Shown here one piece after another: positions 1 to 11,100 of a stretch of 62,000 bases of DNA. A model generated the notes under the pieces. It was given only the letters and a program-made list of their open reading frames with translations, searched no databases and was not told the DNA's origin. The position numbers and the translations under genes were made by a program. Numbering within the stretch: the stretch's first letter is position 1; each line of letters starts with the position of its first letter. Source of the stretch: Wallemia ichthyophaga EXF-994 (taxonomy: Eukaryota; Fungi; Basidiomycota); NCBI RefSeq assembly GCF_000400465.1, contig NW_008806282.1, forward strand, positions 206,001-268,000, read 5' to 3'.

Positions 1-72
1 CGGAGTCGATCGGGCAGTGTAAATAGCACATCTAGCACACCACAATCAATACGCAATTCTCCTGCTCCTAGC

Positions 73-345
73 TCGATATTCAAATTGACGCAGCCGACTC
101 CTATCGACAAAATCCGCTATCAGAGTCTGTATAACAGACTTATGGAAAGGCAAAGTAAGGCAAGCGATAGGGGTGCGTTGGATGTCAGAATAGTGAGAAG
201 AGTTTGGAAAGCTTCAAAATTAGATAATGTATACTTGGACACTCTCTACAACAACTGCAACACACCAAACAAAGAAATGGATGCAAATACATTCACCAAA
301 TCATTAGCCACTATAGATTCGGAGCTGAGACGACGCAAGTCATAG
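73..345 (+). CDS. 3' exon of a gene starting upstream; weakly EH-domain-like C-terminus
   Basis: ORF 85-345 follows a plausible splice acceptor (ctcctag, ending at 72). The peptide LDVRIVRRVWKASKLDNVYLDTLY...FTKSLATID loosely resembles fungal EH-like folds. Confidence 0.4.
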   Translation, partial: SIFKLTQPTPIDKIRYQSLYNRLMERQSKASDRGALDVRIVRRVWKASKLDNVYLDTLYNNCNTPNKEMDANTFTKSLATIDSELRRRKS

Positions 346-351
346 CTAAAA

Positions 352-1629
352 CTAATCAATTAACGACCCAACGTCTTCATACCACGCCTTTCGAACATTC
401 TCATTCAAGTACCGTAAATCACTATTTAATCTATTCAGCATTGCATCCGAATATCCTTCTTTAGTGAGTAAAAGCGCCTCTGTGACGTATATAGCGACTG
501 TGATTTGAGCTAGTGGCTTCTCTGGGCGTAAACTCTTGCGCGTGTCATCTAATGATAGCTCGTCATGGAAGTATGCCTTGATAGCTTTAAGATGTCTTGG
601 TTGTAGCGATGTAATGCGAGTACCTTCCCGTTCTATTGATCTGTTAGCCGTGTTATACTTTACTTTGTTCGAAATTGAGTTCCTGATGTGGGTATCTGAA
701 GTGGTAGGTATAGGCTTGGTATTGTTTGCAGCGTTGTTTGGTGTCTCTTTAATTAAACCAGTTTCGTAGTCCTTTTCTACTAAGAAATTGCTATAATCGG
801 TATCTTTGGATTGTTCTGATAATCGTTTATACATCTGATAGCCAGCGTAAACATCATTAGCCGCATATTCTATCTGCTTCCAGTCAAGAAAAGACTCCCA
901 ATCACCAACTCTCTCATTTCCTTTATCCAGTCGCTGTTTCAACACATACTCTGTCAATTTGTCCAGTGATATCAACACTTTATTCGTGCCCAGATCTTCG
1001 GCGTGGATAGATTTAGCGAGGAAAGTCAACTCCAGCAACCCTTTACACTGTACCTTGTAGTCATTGAAGAATTTGCGACCATCGTTGCCAATATTGACAC
1101 CAAATTTAATAATGTCTTTGTTTGTGAGAAGTTTGATTAGCTCTTGAGGTAATTTTGGCATGTGGTAGAGGTGTAGGATAACAATAAGCTTATCATCACA
1201 TAGCTGTGCTTTGTCAGCTTTGCGTGGCTCAATGGCCACACTCACCTGTACAAGTGCTGTGGGACGTTGACGTGCGTTCTTACGGAAATCGACTTTCCAC
1301 TCCATATCAAAACCTACAGGACCTCTAAGGAGGGAAATTAGATCATCAGCTTCTTCCAAAGAGCGCGTGTAGGCAATCCCTGGTGCTTTGAGACCTTTGT
1401 TTGAGAAACTCGGTGGACGTGTGTAAGAGTAGAGAGGGAGGGGAGTGACTGAGGGTTTAATTGGTGGTTTACTGGCCTTTCTAGGAGTACTCTGTAGCGT
1501 CTTGTTGCGGTAATCAGCGGGTGGGTTTGGGTTTGGAGGTGTAGTAGCCACACCAGTAAAACCACCAGTCAAATCTATAATTTTATCATTTGATAGTCTT
1601 CTTATTAAATTCATATTCCTAGTGAGCAT
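352..1629 (-). CDS. 3'-5' exonuclease, WRN/EXD2-like (DEDDy family)
   Basis: Motifs VGFDMEW, KFGVNIGNDG, LLEL and W..L...QIEYAANDVYAG. First ATG at 1629 (MLTRNMNLIRRLS, presequence-like). One 42-nt intron at 1204-1245. Confidence 0.85.
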   Translation of the reverse strand: MLTRNMNLIRRLSNDKIIDLTGGFTGVATTPPNPNPPADYRNKTLQSTPRKASKPPIKPSVTPLPLYSYTRPPSFSNKGLKAPGIAYTRSLEEADDLISLLRGPVGFDMEWKVDFRKNARQRPTALVQVSVAIEPRKADKAQLCDDKLIVILHLYHMPKLPQELIKLLTNKDIIKFGVNIGNDGRKFFNDYKVQCKGLLELTFLAKSIHAEDLGTNKVLISLDKLTEYVLKQRLDKGNERVGDWESFLDWKQIEYAANDVYAGYQMYKRLSEQSKDTDYSNFLVEKDYETGLIKETPNNAANNTKPIPTTSDTHIRNSISNKVKYNTANRSIEREGTRITSLQPRHLKAIKAYFHDELSLDDTRKSLRPEKPLAQITVAIYVTEALLLTKEGYSDAMLNRLNSDLRYLNENVRKAWYEDVGSLID

Positions 1630-1655
1630 CACAATGCGGTAGATAACCAACGACG

Positions 1656-3547
1656 ATGATCTCAGTTGAAGAGACTATTAATTTAATAGAGAACATTAGA
1701 AATCAGCCTAATGACAGCAATTTACTTGAAGCACTTAGAGTTCTAGTTGCTGTCGACTACACAACGGCTCTATTCTCCACTATCACTCAATCTGTGCTGA
1801 TATCCAGCCATATTAAATATACTGAGAAGATCACCTTCTTCAAGTCCCTCACTGAATTCAAATTATCAAGTGGATTCAACTTGATTGGCTTGCTCGATTC
1901 TGTCTCCAGCTTCAACCAGCCTCCTTCACTCAAATTCTCCTATTTTGCCGGTGTTCTTTTGGCTGTGCAGTCTGACAACTTAAAGCTTAGAATTGAATGT
2001 GAAAATGCTCTTATTTGCGAGCTTGAAGATAGCCTACTGCTTGAGAAAGTTGCTATCAATGACGACACTTATCTTCAAGCCCTAATCTCTATTCTCCCAC
2101 ATATACCCTCATCAAAGCTCAGATTGATGGATACCAAGGTGTGCACATTCCTTGGAGCTTCTTACCAGTAATGTTTACTCAACACAGCCTCTAACGATCC
2201 TCTTTGCGAAAATCCTCTTTGATTCACTTAGCGTTGACAGCCTGGATGGCTCGATCGAGGTGGGCAGGAGTATCTAATATTACACCTGCTCTAACATCTA
2301 TCAGACTAAGTGCACGGAAATGCAACAAAGAACTCATTATCCCAGCATATCGTCCATATCACAAACTCTCACTCGTTTGTTCACACTCCGGTCACGTCAG
2401 GATAGTTCGGAATTGGAACAAGTACTAAGCACTCTGCTAGCTCTAGTATCTCAGAACGAGAGGATGCGACTACAGTCTGAATCAACGGAAATGTCCATCA
2501 ATACTCAAGTAATGTCTCACTTTAAAATACTCTTATACACCTCAATTACCATTCTATACGGGACTATCACACATTTAGCCACATCGAATGGCTTTGAGTG
2601 TGTTGAGGGGGTTGAATATGATCTACCCCTTGCCACACTACGCATTATGTCCAGATTGGCAATCATCAACAGCATACTAAATCCAGATGGAGAGTTGCGA
2701 CAGTGGAGGAGCATCAACATGCTTTGCGTAGACATGATAAATGCACAGAAAGACGTCAAACAATCTGAGCAGGTATTAGATATGCTTGTCGCTGAAACCA
2801 CCCTCGATAACTACAAACACCTATCGAAAGTCAACCATCTGTTTCATATTGCAGAATTTGTTGTTTTGAACTGCACAGTGGAGTTCGCAGTAGCTATACT
2901 TCTACCTGTATGTGATAGGTAGGTGATATTATACAGCAATTCGTAACTACTAACGTAGTTCCAAAGATATCTGGAGGATAGCACCGACATGGTTACTTTC
3001 GAGAATGCGCACTCAGTCACGCTTACTCTCTTCGCCGGGGTCAAACCTAATGCATTGGACCAAGTATTGGTAGCTAGAGTGATGAGCTACAGCATCACGC
3101 TCCTAAAAGTGAGATCAATCCTAAATAGCCAGCTAAGTTGACCACATGATTAAGGTTATGCGCATCTTATCACAGGAGCAATTTAGATTGGCGTATCAAA
3201 GTGTCATTAAGAAGGTATCTGCTCATTCGACAGATCTGACACAATGGTGCATTGACGGTTTGCTTGACTCGTATAAGAGCGTGGAAGAGGATCAAAAAAT
3301 CAAGATAGCGTACACCCTGCCTACGCTACTGCCACTTATTAACCATCACCTACTCGATAGCTTCCTTGTATCACTAGAACGTCTTCTCAGCAGTCATTGG
3401 ATTGCAGAGAACCGTGAAGATCTCCTCACTCTCACTTACAAATCAATTAAGCTGACAGGAGATGAGAGTAACCTCTTAAAATGTCTAAATTGGTGGGGTG
3501 ATTACACATCCCGAATCAAGAGCCTACCAATAAAGTCACGCCTGTAA
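1656..3547 (+). CDS. PEX8: Putative peroxin Pex8-like protein, multi-exon, ending in PTS1 SRL
   Basis: The exon at 2959-3108 encodes FQRYLED...FENAHSVTLTLFAG, resembling the fungal Pex8 FEAAHSV(M/V)LAVF block. Helical, Leu-rich, with C-terminus IKSRL* (3530-3547). Confidence 0.6.
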
Positions 3548-3700
3548 GCTTCATATTGCACACGTGCAAGTATAACTGTATCATTATATCAGCCCTACAA
3601 AACATAAATTCATAATGAGAAAACAAGTCAATGTAAAACCCAGACAAAGATGATGTGAAACAAGTGAAGAAAGACGAACACTCTTGGACGTGAAAAGCTT

Positions 3701-4702
3701 TTAGACATAAGGAGGACCCATAATCTTACGCATTTGATTGATAGTAAAATCGACAACGAGGAGAAGAATACCACCACCTGGTCCCAATCTAGTAGCCTTT
3801 GGTATGAATCCTTTGAACAACGCCTTTACACCTTCTTCTCTAGCGACCAGCAATAGAGATGGATATGTCCAATTGTATTTTGGTACTACTCCAGGTACCT
3901 TCACGGTACCCTGTATACGACTTTTAACAACGTCGAATGGAGTGTTGAGCACTGTGCCGCACAGACCACCAATTGTACCCGCCGTAAAATTGTTGAAGAG
4001 GTTCGCCGAATTTGATTCTGCCTTTGGAAGCAAAGAGCGTACTTGGAAGATAACACCGAAGTAACCACCGTCTTGGGAATGAGCGTGGTTAGCAAGGAGT
4101 GAAAACTCAAGAAAAAAAAAACTCACTCCACCAGAAGTGTCTCCAGAAAGTAGCTTCCATGCCTGCGTACATACCCAAGACACCATCGCTCTTGACGGTA
4201 TGTTTGATTACATCGAGTGGACCTGTAGGGAGAAATTAGAATAATACTGCGTGCACACAGCAAACACACCCTTGAAAGTGCTTGTCTTGTCCTGCAACCG
4301 AATCTTAATCAACTCAAATGGAGTAACGACGAATGATTCGGTAGCACCCGCACTGCATCCGGTAGCCAAAGAAAGACCCTGTGTCATCTCACTAACGCCA
4401 GCCAAAGACTTGTAAGTCTTTCCCCAGTAGTCATTCGCCGCGAACTTTACCGCTCTCTTCGGAGCTTCAAGGGTCAATGGAGCAGCGAGACCTCTGTACA
4501 ATTTAGAGAAACCTTCGCTCTTTGCGATTTCCGACAACATCTTCACCATCCCTTGGCTTTTGCCTGCTTCGAGCTGCATTCTCGTCTTTGCAATATCAGT
4601 CGGATACATGGTCAGTATTTCAACAACACCGCCAATCGCTCCTGCTAAAGGCATAGACCAGCCTGGTAGAGGTGCTGGAGATGGGGATTTTTTCTGTTCC
4701 AT
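3701..4702 (-). CDS. ODC1: Mitochondrial 2-oxodicarboxylate carrier (SLC25A21/ODC family), 3 exons
   Basis: Three Px[DE]xxK carrier signatures (PTDIAKTR, PFELIKIR, PFDVVKSR); EAPKRAVKF and RLGPGGG are typical of Odc1/2. Spliced RHFWWNGGYFG is restored across the second intron. Confidence 0.9.
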
Positions 4703-5263
4703 TATTTTGGTCCGAATGAAGCTAAAGCAAGCGACTAGGGACACCGTTTATCAATTTTACACTTATCCGATGACCACGGCCGTTGAGTGAGCAAGGCCGG
4801 TGATGGGCGGAAATGGGCGTGGTGAGTAAACGTTTCTGTTCTAATCACCTGCCAGCTTGTGTTTTAGTGTGTTTAGTCTCCACGTGATTTAGGTCATTCG
4901 GCGAAGATTGATAACGTTGTGGGGTAATTAATTCTCATTATAATTCTAGACTTGTATTTGTACTGCCCTGTTTACGTCTTGTAGTCTTGTGAGCTGCTTT
5001 ATCTTTCGCATCCGATACTCCGAAAAGTTAGACGAAACTCAAACTCATATGATTCACTTTGTGTGCAGTTTCTGAAGAGGATTAGGAACGCGCTAATTTC
5101 CGATAATTCATTGCGTAGATACTGTATCGCAACTTCAAAGCTAACCCTCCATATCATCATGTCTCCGTTCCTGTCACATAATCAGCGCACTCTCCAACAC
5201 CCATTTGCAGCGCATAATGTCACATTAATTCATACATAATTTCATCAAACAATCATTATCCCT

Positions 5264-6319
5264 TTATTTGCCAACGAGGTGCTCTACTTTGGCCTGTGCG
5301 CGGGAGAGACCAGCCTTTCCAATTTGAGAGAGGATGGTGCCAGTATCTTTTTCATCCTTGAAGTAGATGTAGCCGAGCATTTCAGAGCCGTCGTTGTATC
5401 TCTTGTTTTTGTTTGCACCTTCCAAAGTCTGGACATCCTCAGCACTCAATGCAACAACAGACTCAAAGTTCTCCTTGATTCTTGAAACTGTCTTTGGGAT
5501 TGGTGAAATGTTCTTCGCAAGAAGGAACGAAAGCGCTATTCCGTGGTTAGAAGTTTGGTATTTCTGCGCCAAAGCCTTCACAGCTGGATCTTCTACAACT
5601 TCAGCGTTCGAGCCGTAGATGTGGTTCAAACCACCAAATGGACTGTAAGCAGTGACTTGGATGCCCTGTGATTGTGCGTACTTGACCAACTCAGGTTGTT
5701 GGTTGTAGACGTGTAATTCAACTTGGAGAGATGATGGTCTGATTTTTGCCGTCTTGAGGAGGTCTGCAATTTCCGACTTTGTGTAGTTGGAGATACCAAT
5801 GTTCTTACATTTTTGTGGGACTTGGGTTTCCATTGCAGCCCACGTGTCCTTCTCCTCAACATTGTGGTCTTTGAGTGGGAAACCCTTGTCGTCTTGTGGG
5901 ATTTGAGCGGATCCATCGTAGTTTGGTCCTGTTGCAAGGGCACCTGGCCAGTGAATCAAGTACAAGTCAAGGTACTCTAATTGGAGGTCCTCGAGAGTCT
6001 TGTTAAGTCCTCTGGTGACATTCTCTGGCTTCTTTGAGTTCAACCAGAGCTTCGAAGTGACAAAGATCTCGGAACGTGGAGTACCAGTTGCTTTGAGCCA
6101 ACGTGTAATACCTTGACCGACCTCACGCTCGTTTTGGTAGATTGCAGCGGAGTCGATGTGACGGTAACCAGCTTCAAGTGCTGCATACACAAGGTCAGCA
6201 GCCTTCTCGTTTGGTAAGTTCCAGCATCCGTAACCGAGCTTAGGGATTCCGGCAGAGTTGGTGTCTGCGGCGGTTGCTGGGGCGTTAGCAAAGGCGATTC
6301 TTTCAGTTTGAATTGGCAT
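5264..6319 (-). CDS. Aldo-keto reductase, NADPH-dependent, GCY1/glycerol-dehydrogenase-like, intronless
   Basis: Motifs LGYGCW, GYRHIDSAAIYQNE, IFVTSKLW, LDLYLIHWP, IGISNY, QVELH, AYSPFG and IPKT. ATG at 6319 (MPIQTERI). Confidence 0.9.
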   Translation of the reverse strand: MPIQTERIAFANAPATAADTNSAGIPKLGYGCWNLPNEKAADLVYAALEAGYRHIDSAAIYQNEREVGQGITRWLKATGTPRSEIFVTSKLWLNSKKPENVTRGLNKTLEDLQLEYLDLYLIHWPGALATGPNYDGSAQIPQDDKGFPLKDHNVEEKDTWAAMETQVPQKCKNIGISNYTKSEIADLLKTAKIRPSSLQVELHVYNQQPELVKYAQSQGIQVTAYSPFGGLNHIYGSNAEVVEDPAVKALAQKYQTSNHGIALSFLLAKNISPIPKTVSRIKENFESVVALSAEDVQTLEGANKNKRYNDGSEMLGYIYFKDEKDTGTILSQIGKAGLSRAQAKVEHLVGK

Positions 6320-6659
6320 CTTGATTGTTAGTGTGAGAGATGTGCGAGCGAATGACAGCACAATGTTGGAGGGACGAGATGTGGTGCGCTGATAATGATG
6401 TAATTAATAATAAATTACATCAAATATGTGTTGGAATTCACCAATAACAGCTAAAGCCGTGCTCAGCGTCTGCTAACGTGTTTGTGCGCGCTCAGAATGT
6501 GGTTATAAAAAGTGTGATTCACAAACCAAGGCACGAGATCCGAATATTAAAGACATTGTTTAGTTAGCTGCTTAATTGATAATTACTTCTATGTATTTCT
6601 ATAATTCAAACGACTCGTACCGTTGGAGCTGCTTACAGTTTATGAATTATTGAATTAAG

Positions 6660-7955
6660 TCATGGATTGTGACTCTGCGCACGCGCTCTGACGCTCTCTT
6701 TGCTCTGATGCTTGATTTGTTCAGGTGACTTCTCGTCTGCGAAGAAGACCACACCGCACTGCACCTTGTCAGCTGATATTGTATCAATAGTATGTATGAC
6801 CTCACCAGTTCTGAAAGGTCGCAGTAGCGCCTGGAGAATGTGAGTGCTTGTGCATTCAAATTTCCGTTATCCTCATCATCAAGGTTTATTTGCTGTGCAT
6901 TAGCTTGTATGTGTTCAGGATTGGAAGAACGAGGCAATGTGACTATCCTTCTACCTATCACCCAGTTTGTAATAACGGTAGGAGCAGAAACGCTGTGCTT
7001 TTTTGCGATTAAACCTATTGTTGCGTCTTGGAGAAGCTGATTTTGCTGATCGTATAGCGCATTGGCGTTTCCAAATGGAGAATAACCCTCTACCACAATA
7101 CCTTGGGATTTTGCAAACTCTACAAGTCTATGCTGCGGCAAACGTGGGTGTATTTCGACCTTGGAAGGTATAAGTATTTGCACTGACGTCACCAAAGCAA
7201 CACACCTGCAGAATCGATGGTTTAACACGCGCGTATGAGAGCATATCGCTTAACTGATCTACTGTGAGGTTCGAGACTCCGATTGAGCGCACCTTCCCAG
7301 TCGACAGAAGATGTTCCATAGCCTGGGATGGTCTATGTAAAGTAAATCACGTCCCACTGACATCTTACGCACCTCCCATGTCTCGCGGTAAGGGACGCGG
7401 TCGTTGATAATAACGCCATGGTCATCTTGAGGGATGTTTGCCCGATTGTCAGCTGAGGGCTATAAATGTCAACATTGCATCACACGCTGAAGCTTCGAAA
7501 CCACCTTGAAAGCAGCTGGCCAGTGGATGATGTATGCATCAAGATATTCTAGGCCTAATTCGGACAAAGATACATCAAGTGCTTTCTCCACGTCTTCCTT
7601 TCTGTGAGAGTTGTTGTAGAGCTTCGATAATACGAAGATATCAGAGCGCGGTGTTTGCGTATCATCCATGAACCGCCTGATAGCAACTCCGCAGGCAGCC
7701 TCATTCAAGTAAATCGCTGAGGCTGCCTGTGAGTTTGGACTGAGGAGAGAACTGCAGACCTACAAGCACAATCGATGCCTCTGTATCCACTCTTGAGTGC
7801 CTCGTAAACAGCAAATTCTGTTCTGTCGCCCAGTTCCCATGTGCCAAGCTAGGGCCGAGTGAGAAGTGAGATCATTGAAAATTAAGCTATCCTACTTGTA
7901 GCAGTGGGATTTGTACGCCGTTGTTGAGCGTCTCTGTGTGATTTGCAAGAGTCAT
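6660..7955 (-). CDS. Second aldo-keto reductase, tandem paralog, six introns
   Basis: Spliced motifs LGTW, GYRGIDCASIYLNE, FVLSKLY, LDAYIIHWP, IGVSN, QVEIHP, YSPFG and TLPRS. The last exon CGVVFFADEK aligns with LGYIYFKDEK of the neighbour. Stop TGA at 6660-6662. Confidence 0.85.
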
Positions 7956-8106
7956 TGATATATTCTCGATGATGACAGAAGGCAGGAAGCAGGAAGACAC
8001 GCCCGATGCAAGCGAGACCAAGAAGATATCGGGCGAGATAATAAGAACCGCAGAAAAGCACAAACCTACCGGTAACGACTCTATCTCCTCAACCACCAAC
8101 TACGAA

Positions 8107-11100
8107 ATGACGGATCCTCACAGAGTCATTAACAGCGCCGCGAGCTACAGTGATGGAGACAAAGAAGCCATTATACAGCAGCTGCGATCTGAGCTTGGTG
8201 TGGCTTCTCTCCCATCTTCCGCACAAATCAAAGACGATATCCAATCGAGCTTCTTGCAGCCGCCAAAGAAGCTGTCGAGTATCAACTATCGAACAATACC
8301 GCGCCAGCCAAACCTCAGAAATCTTGTTCAATCGGACATCTCAGCACCATCCTCGAAGCTGTCGTTCCAAAGAGCTGGTCTCGATGGTAACATCGTTGGA
8401 CACACTGAAGTACAAATTCCAATTACTGCAAGAGAGAACGCTAGAACATCAACTAGTATCCACAGGGCTCCAACCGATGCTGCGTCCTTTGTCCGAGGAA
8501 AGAGCGGCAACGTGCCATTCGCGCCGGGCGGTTTGGACGTCGTGAAGGAAACTGTCGATATGGAGAGCAGAAACAAACACGGATTAGATGGCGAGAGTGC
8601 TGGTACATCTGTAGATTTGTCCAAGGGTGGGTCGGTAGCTTGTTGAAATGACGCACAACTCACACAACACAGGGGGTTTAAGAACGGCTCCACCAGGATT
8701 TGGGAGAGGTTTACGGTTTGAAGGAGACGAAAGCAATTCCCTTGACGCTATCAGCGGTGCATCAGAGTTACCTCAGGCAAGCACCTCCAAACACACTGCT
8801 GTATCAACCAACAAACCCAACAAAGTCAACATTCAGTCCGATAAATCATTCACTGATGCTTCCATCGATGAGCTGCTTCCTGACTCTAAGCCACACATTC
8901 CAACGACTGCCGCCAACTCGCGTCGTAAAGCTCAATTGGCCAAAAGAGAATGGGCTCACGTCGTCAATGCGAACAAGGGACTCACCAACTTTGACGAGCT
9001 AGTACCAGATATGGCTATAAAGTATCCGTTCAAGCTCGATAATTTCCAGCAAAACGCTGTTTATTATTTGGAGATGGGTGACTCAGTCTTTGTGGCAGCA
9101 CATACTTCGGCCGGTAAGACGGTAGTTGCAGAGTATGCAATAGCCCTAGCAGCTAAGCACATGACAAGAACAATCTATACTTCGCCAATCAAGGCATTGT
9201 CTAATCAGAAGTATCGAGACTTCAAGACAACATTCGATCCATCCACTGTTGGTATTTTGACAGGAGATGTGCAAATCAATCCAGAAGGAAGCTGTCTTAT
9301 CATGACCACTGAAATCTTGCGTAGTATGCTGTACAAGGGTGCGGATCTTATCAGAGATGTTGAGTTTGTTGTTTTCGACGAAGTTCACTACGTCAATGAT
9401 GCTGAGAGAGGTGTTGTGTGGGAAGAAGTAATCATCATGTTACCTGAGCACATCAACATTATCCTCCTCTCTGCAACAGTGCCAAATGCGAAGGAGTTCG
9501 CAGACTGGGTTGGTAGAACAAAGAGAAAGAACATCTACGTTATCAGCACACCAAAGCGTCCTGTACCATTAGAGCATCACCTATTTGCAAGCAAGGAGAT
9601 TCACAAGATAGTCGATTCGAGTGGAAGATTCTTGAGCAGCGGCCACAAAGACGCAACGGATGCACTGCGTAAGAAGCAAGACAAGGAAAGAGAAGCAGCA
9701 GGCTTACCGCCTGTCCAGAAGACGGGCGGCGGTGGTCGTGGTGGTCGTGGCGGCGGACGCACACCCTCAAATATGGGAGCTACAGGTGCTCATCGAGCTA
9801 TTAACACCTACAACAAATCTCAAGGAGCCAACAGAGGGGGTGGAAATTCTTCTTCAGGTGGTAATCAGAATCACCACTTGGTGCAGTATCTTAAAAAGAA
9901 GGAATTGCTACCTGTCGTCATTTTCACCTTCTCCAAGCGCAAGTGCGAGGAGAATGCCAGTGGATTAGGTGGTATGGACTTACTGACTGCTGCTGAGAAG
10001 AGTGAGGTGCACATAACTATCGAGAGGAGCATATCTAGATTGAGAGGTGGGAATCTTTGAGTGGTGGGGATCCCAGCTGACACAAAGCAGGTTCAGACAA
10101 ACAGCTCCCTCAAATTGCGAGAATGAAAGATCTTCTCGGAAGAGGTTTGGCTGTTCACCATGGTGGTCTTCTCCCGATCGTTAAAGAGGTGAGTGAAAAC
10201 ATGCGCTCACAATATATGCTAAAACAGCTCAAGATTGTAGAGCTTCTTTTTGGTAGAGGTCTTGTAAAAGTGCTCTTTGCTACAGAAACATTTGCCATGG
10301 GTGTCAATATGCCTGCCAGAAGTGTAGCTTTTTCTGGTATACGCAAGCACGATGGGAAATCATTTAGAGATCTTCTGCCTGGTGAGTTTACATTTGCAGC
10401 CTCAACTTGCTAACCGAGGCCTAGGCGAATACACCCAGATGTCAGGCAGGGCGGGTCGCAGAGGATTGGATGCAACAGGTGTTGTTATCATTATGACAAA
10501 TGACAGCATACCCGAGACAACAACACTGCAGCAGATGATACTGGGTGTACCCGGTAAACTCAATTCGCAATTCAGACTGACATTTAACCTCATCCTCAAT
10601 TTGCTCCGGGTCGAGACGCTCAAGGTCGAGGACATGATCAAGCGCTCTTTCAGTGAGAACGCCAGTCAGAGATTACTTCCTGATCAGCAGAAGCAAGTTG
10701 AAGAAACAGAGCAGCGACTTGCACTATTACACAAGTTGGATAGAGAGACGTCCCTTCCTGATCTAGATACTCTCTATAACGTGAGCGCATCACTCGTGGA
10801 TGTGAATGCCTACATAGTCGACTATGCTCTGGGACATCCTCAAGGAAACAAGATGATTGGTACGGGTAGAGTTGTGTTGGTGAGAGACAGCCACTTTAAA
10901 GGTAACTTGGCGGTGCTGCTCCGTCCACCGAAGTTCCTGCCGACTGGGGCATCCAAGACATCCAAGTACTATTGGGTTGTCGGTTTGTCGGACAAAGATA
11001 CTAGAGATGGCAAGAAGGGTGGGTCGATGTTTGAGATCTTGTTGGTTTGCTGACGATTGCCTAGACATGAAGGCAGACGACATCACACCTCGCTGGCCTG

